Origin: Octopus bimaculoides
Lineage: Eukaryota
Reading direction: 5' to 3'
NCBI RefSeq assembly: GCF_001194135.2
Contig: NC_068981.1
Span: 12,034,608-12,098,607, forward strand
Length of the DNA stretch: 64,000 bases
How positions within the stretch are numbered: the first letter of the stretch is position 1; each line of letters begins with the position of its first letter. Shown here one piece after another: positions 60,577-64,000 of the stretch. A model generated the notes under the pieces. It did no database searches. It saw only the letters and a program-made list of their open reading frames with translations, and was not told the DNA's origin. A program made the translations under genes and the position numbers.

Positions 60577-61553
60577 NNNNNNNNNNNNNNNNNNNNNNNN
60601 NNNNNNNNNNNNNNNNNNNNNNNNNNNNNNNNNNNNNNNNNNNNNNNNNNNNNNNNNNNNNNNNNNNNNNNNNNNNNNNNNNNNNNNNNNNNNNNNNNNN
60701 NNNNNNNNNNNNNNNNNNNNNNNNNNNNNNNNNNNNNNNNNNNNNNNNNNNNNNNNNNNNNNNNNNNNNNNNNNNNNNNNNNNNNNNNNNNNNNNNNNNN
60801 NNNNNNNNNNNNNNNNNNNNNNNNNNNNNNNNNNNNNNNNNNNNNNNNNNNNNNNNNNNNNNNNNNNNNNNNNNNNNNNNNNNNNNNNNNNNNNNNNNNN
60901 NNNNNNNNNNNNNNNNNNNNNNNNNNNNNNNNNNNNNNNNNNNNNNNNNNNNNNNNNNNNNNNNNNNNNNNNNNNNNNNNNNNNNNNNNNNNNNNNNNNN
61001 NNNNNNNNNNNNNNNNNNNNNNNNNNNNNNNNNNNNNNNNNNNNNNNNNNNNNNNNNNNNNNNNNNNNNNNNNNNNNNNNNNNNNNNNNNNNNNNNNNNN
61101 NNNNNNNNNNNNNNNNNNNNNNNNNNNNNNNNNNNNNNNNNNNNNNNNNNNNNNNNNNNNNNNNNNNNNNNNNNNNNNNNNNNNNNNNNNNNNNNNNNNN
61201 NNNNNNNNNNNNNNNNNNNNNNNNNNNNNNNNNNNNNNNNNNNNNNNNNNNNNNNNNNNNNNNNNNNNNNNNNNNNNNNNNNNNNNNNNNNNNNNNNNNN
61301 NNNNNNNNNNNNNNNNNNNNNNNNNNNNNNNNNNNNNNNNNNNNNNNNNNNNNNNNNNNNNNNNNNNNNNNNNNNNNNNNNNNNNNNNNNNNNNNNNNNN
61401 NNNNNNNNNNNNNNNNNNNNNNNNNNNNNNNNNNNNNNNNNNNNNNNNNNNNNNNNNNNNNNNNNNNNNNNNNNNNNNNNNNNNNNNNNNNNNNNNNNNN
61501 NNNNNNNNNNNNNNNNNNNNNNNNNNNNNNNNNNNNNNNNNNNNNNNNNNNNN
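60577..61553. other. Largest assembly gap (N-run), one of 16 gaps totalling about 6.5 kb
   Basis: The other gaps are 11637-12090, 15413-15455, 17942-18435, 22248-22572, 25019-25341, 33526-33751, 36699-37264, 37880-38101, 42417-42991, 49194-49508, 51742-52417, 53134-53849, 54517-54612, 55765-56073 and 59361-59577. Most abut microsatellites. Confidence 0.99.
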
Positions 61554-63050
61554 TATATATATATATATATATATACTACATGATTACACCTATACACATA
61601 TACACATATATCAATTTACGCTTAAGATTTCTACAAAATTATCTTTATGGACTTGAAGGCTGAGAGAACCTTGCGTTGTGCAAGGTATTCTACTCCGTCC
61701 CTAACGTTAAGTTTGGAAGCAATTCTTCTTACTTGAATGTCCGCCTCTTTTATGTAAATTGTTTCTTGTTTTCTTTTTTTTGTATGTATGTATCTTTAAT
61801 GTTACGTGATAAGAGTCTGTTACAAACGTCTTGTTGACTGTAAATAAATCCCTTATTTTGTCTCATTTCACAAAAATATAATTTTGCCTTTCCTAGTCTT
61901 TTGGATTGAATAGGTACGACGACGACGACGATGATGATGATGATGATGATGACGACCAAAGTGTTGTTGATGACGATGTTGATGATGAGAATACGTTCTA
62001 ATATGCGCTATCTATGAAATATCTGGGGTGCTCGGAGCGGACTGAATAAGTAATGATGAGAAATTGCCATATGAGGAAACAGTGTTAAACTTATTGTGAT
62101 TATATTTGATCATAAATCAAATTTGGGTCCATAACTTACAGCCAAAATATTAAGCACGACACAAAATACAAGAAAAAAGATCTGAAACCAAAACAAAGAA
62201 AAAAGATAAATAATAAATAAATGAAAAATGAAACCACTGCAAACACAATCCAGAAAAGAATGACAGGTCTGAAATCCTGAATAAATGCTGCTCAGCTGCA
62301 GTCTTCTTATCCGAGAACAGTGATAAACTGCACTAAAACGACTGGCTTTTGTCAGTTGAAAAGGTTTATCAATATATGAACGATATTTAGAACTACAAAC
62401 ATGAAGAAGTGAAACAAACACTGCAGGGCATTTTATCAGTCATTGTAATGATTCTAATAGCCCAGCTTTCTCAAGAGACACAATTATGTGGATCCCAAGG
62501 TTTTCTGTTATTTGATAACCGAATTTCAATTACGAAAATAAGAAATTTTACCTTGAGCTGTTTGTACACCAATGAAATAAAGGCGATATATTCATTATTG
62601 ATACTGTGATGAAAAGGCAATCAATGCAGGTCTAATTCAAATACGTAAATTGTCCACAAGCAAAATAGTTGTATCGGTGAAAAAAACACTGATAGCGCGT
62701 AACCAAGTGAATAAAGCAACGATGAAATGATTAAGTTAATAATGCCAACTTAAAGAAAATACAAAGAGGTAATGTTTTACCCGAACATGAAAACAATAGT
62801 TTACAGGCTAGAAAATGATTTCACATCTTTAAGAATAAAAGGAGAAAATAGTAGAGAACGTTTTTATAAAAGGTAGCAAATGATAACAAGGTGGATAATT
62901 AAAACTTCTAAAAAAAAAAACCAAAATACAAGCATTTACATGATCAACAGTGTGCAAATGAGACAGAATCAATATGAAAACCAACATAAATACTCAGGAT
63001 TAAACGTAGAAATGGGTCATCACATTTTAGTGACACAAGATCAATGTCTA

Positions 63051-63051
<1 letters not shown>

Positions 63052-63120
<69 letters not shown>
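63052..63120. repeat. (CA)n microsatellite
   Basis: Directly visible. Confidence 0.97.
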
Positions 63121-63124
<4 letters not shown>

Positions 63125-63599
63125 AATTCACACGTAAAAAGTTACACAAGAACCTGATATAATCTGCAAACATTACAATCGACATTATAAAACAATCGAA
63201 GACGACAGTATCAGATGTCCAGTTTTAGCAAAGACAATATATGCACAGACATGGCCGTGGTGGTGAATATATCCATTATGCAAATATAAGCACCTTCACA
63301 ACACCATTTAGAACAATTGCTATAAGCACGCCCGAGACATCGTGTATCTGTAAGTGTGTGCGTGTGTACGCATGAGTAAATATCTTTGTATCGGTGCGTG
63401 TGTGTGTGCATCGGGGGTTGGGGCTTGTTAAGGACAAGGGGCTGTGAAATAGATCAAAGTACACTGGCCAGTTCTAATCAAAGTCAGAAACGAAAACCTA
63501 TTCATTCATCAATCCAAAGATAAGCTTATTCGTCAAAATATCGAGGGATGTGTTTATTTATGTCCGAAAAGCAATTACGACATACAGAACTCTAAATGG

Positions 63600-64000
63600 A
63601 AATAAGCATTCCACACTAGTGGAACGTTAAAGACAATATAGAAAGCACAAATTAAAATATGCAAAGAGATTTCAATGTTAAATGTGATCAGATATAAATA
63701 GGAGGAGGAAAGAATAGCAGTAATACTGGAGGAATTCTGGAAACAAATATGGTCGGTAAAGCAACAACAACCCCATAAAAGGACCATTAAAACAACGAAC
63801 TTAGCACCTGAGCAACTCTGGGCCCCTATAACAACTGAAGAGGTCACCCAGACACTGCAAAGACTAAGCAACTGGAAGGCACCTGGACACGACAAGATCC
63901 TCAACGTCTGGTTAAAACACCTGCCAGGAATGCATAAAAAGCTGGCAGAAAACCTTAACAACATACTAGCAGAACCAGAGACAATTCCTGAATGGCTCAC
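63600..64000 (+). mobile_element. R4/Dong-like RLE element, RT N-terminal part, running off the window
   Basis: Open frame EFWKQIWS...ITTEEVTQTLQRLSNWKAPGHDKILNVWLKHL...HKKLAENLNNILAEPETIPEWL. The NWKAPG.D.I...WLK motif is typical of R4-clade RTs. Confidence 0.88.

Noticed and set aside
11525-61663. Long X-filled or YI/CV/HT-repeat ORFs (e.g. 36528..37361, 42220..43017, 52952..54013, 60374..61597)
   Set aside because: They are open only because they span N-gaps and (TA)/(CA) tracts.

Overview
This is an AT-rich, microsatellite-dense metazoan genomic window. The tRNA-derived SINE families and overall repeat landscape point to an octopus (cephalopod) genome; this is an inference. About 6.5 kb is N-gap (16 gaps, most flanked by (TA)n, (GAA)n or (CT)n tracts), and most long ORFs in the track are gap or microsatellite artefacts. 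I found no recognisable host protein-coding gene, rRNA, true tRNA or CRISPR array. The window is intergenic or intronic and filled with decayed mobile DNA: an RTE/BovB-like LINE with a 5' inversion (3254-4958), four R4/Dong-like RLE non-LTR fragments, two CR1-type 3' fragments, Tc1, mariner and pogo/Tigger transposase remnants, about 11 tRNA-SINE copies and several Penelope-like element (PLE) remnants with GIY-YIG fragments. The most notable signals are: (1) minimal type I hammerhead ribozyme (HHR) motifs, including a fold-back element at 55.5-55.75 kb carrying one HHR on each strand, both with a variant CCGANGA core; (2) a GIY-YIG remnant between ~340-bp inverted HHR-bearing repeats (30.3-31.5 kb); (3) a circularly permuted local duplication, A-B...B'-A' (16.56-17.94 kb); and (4) a twin-priming-type RTE inversion. 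All translations and alignments were made by eye, and no database searches were run.
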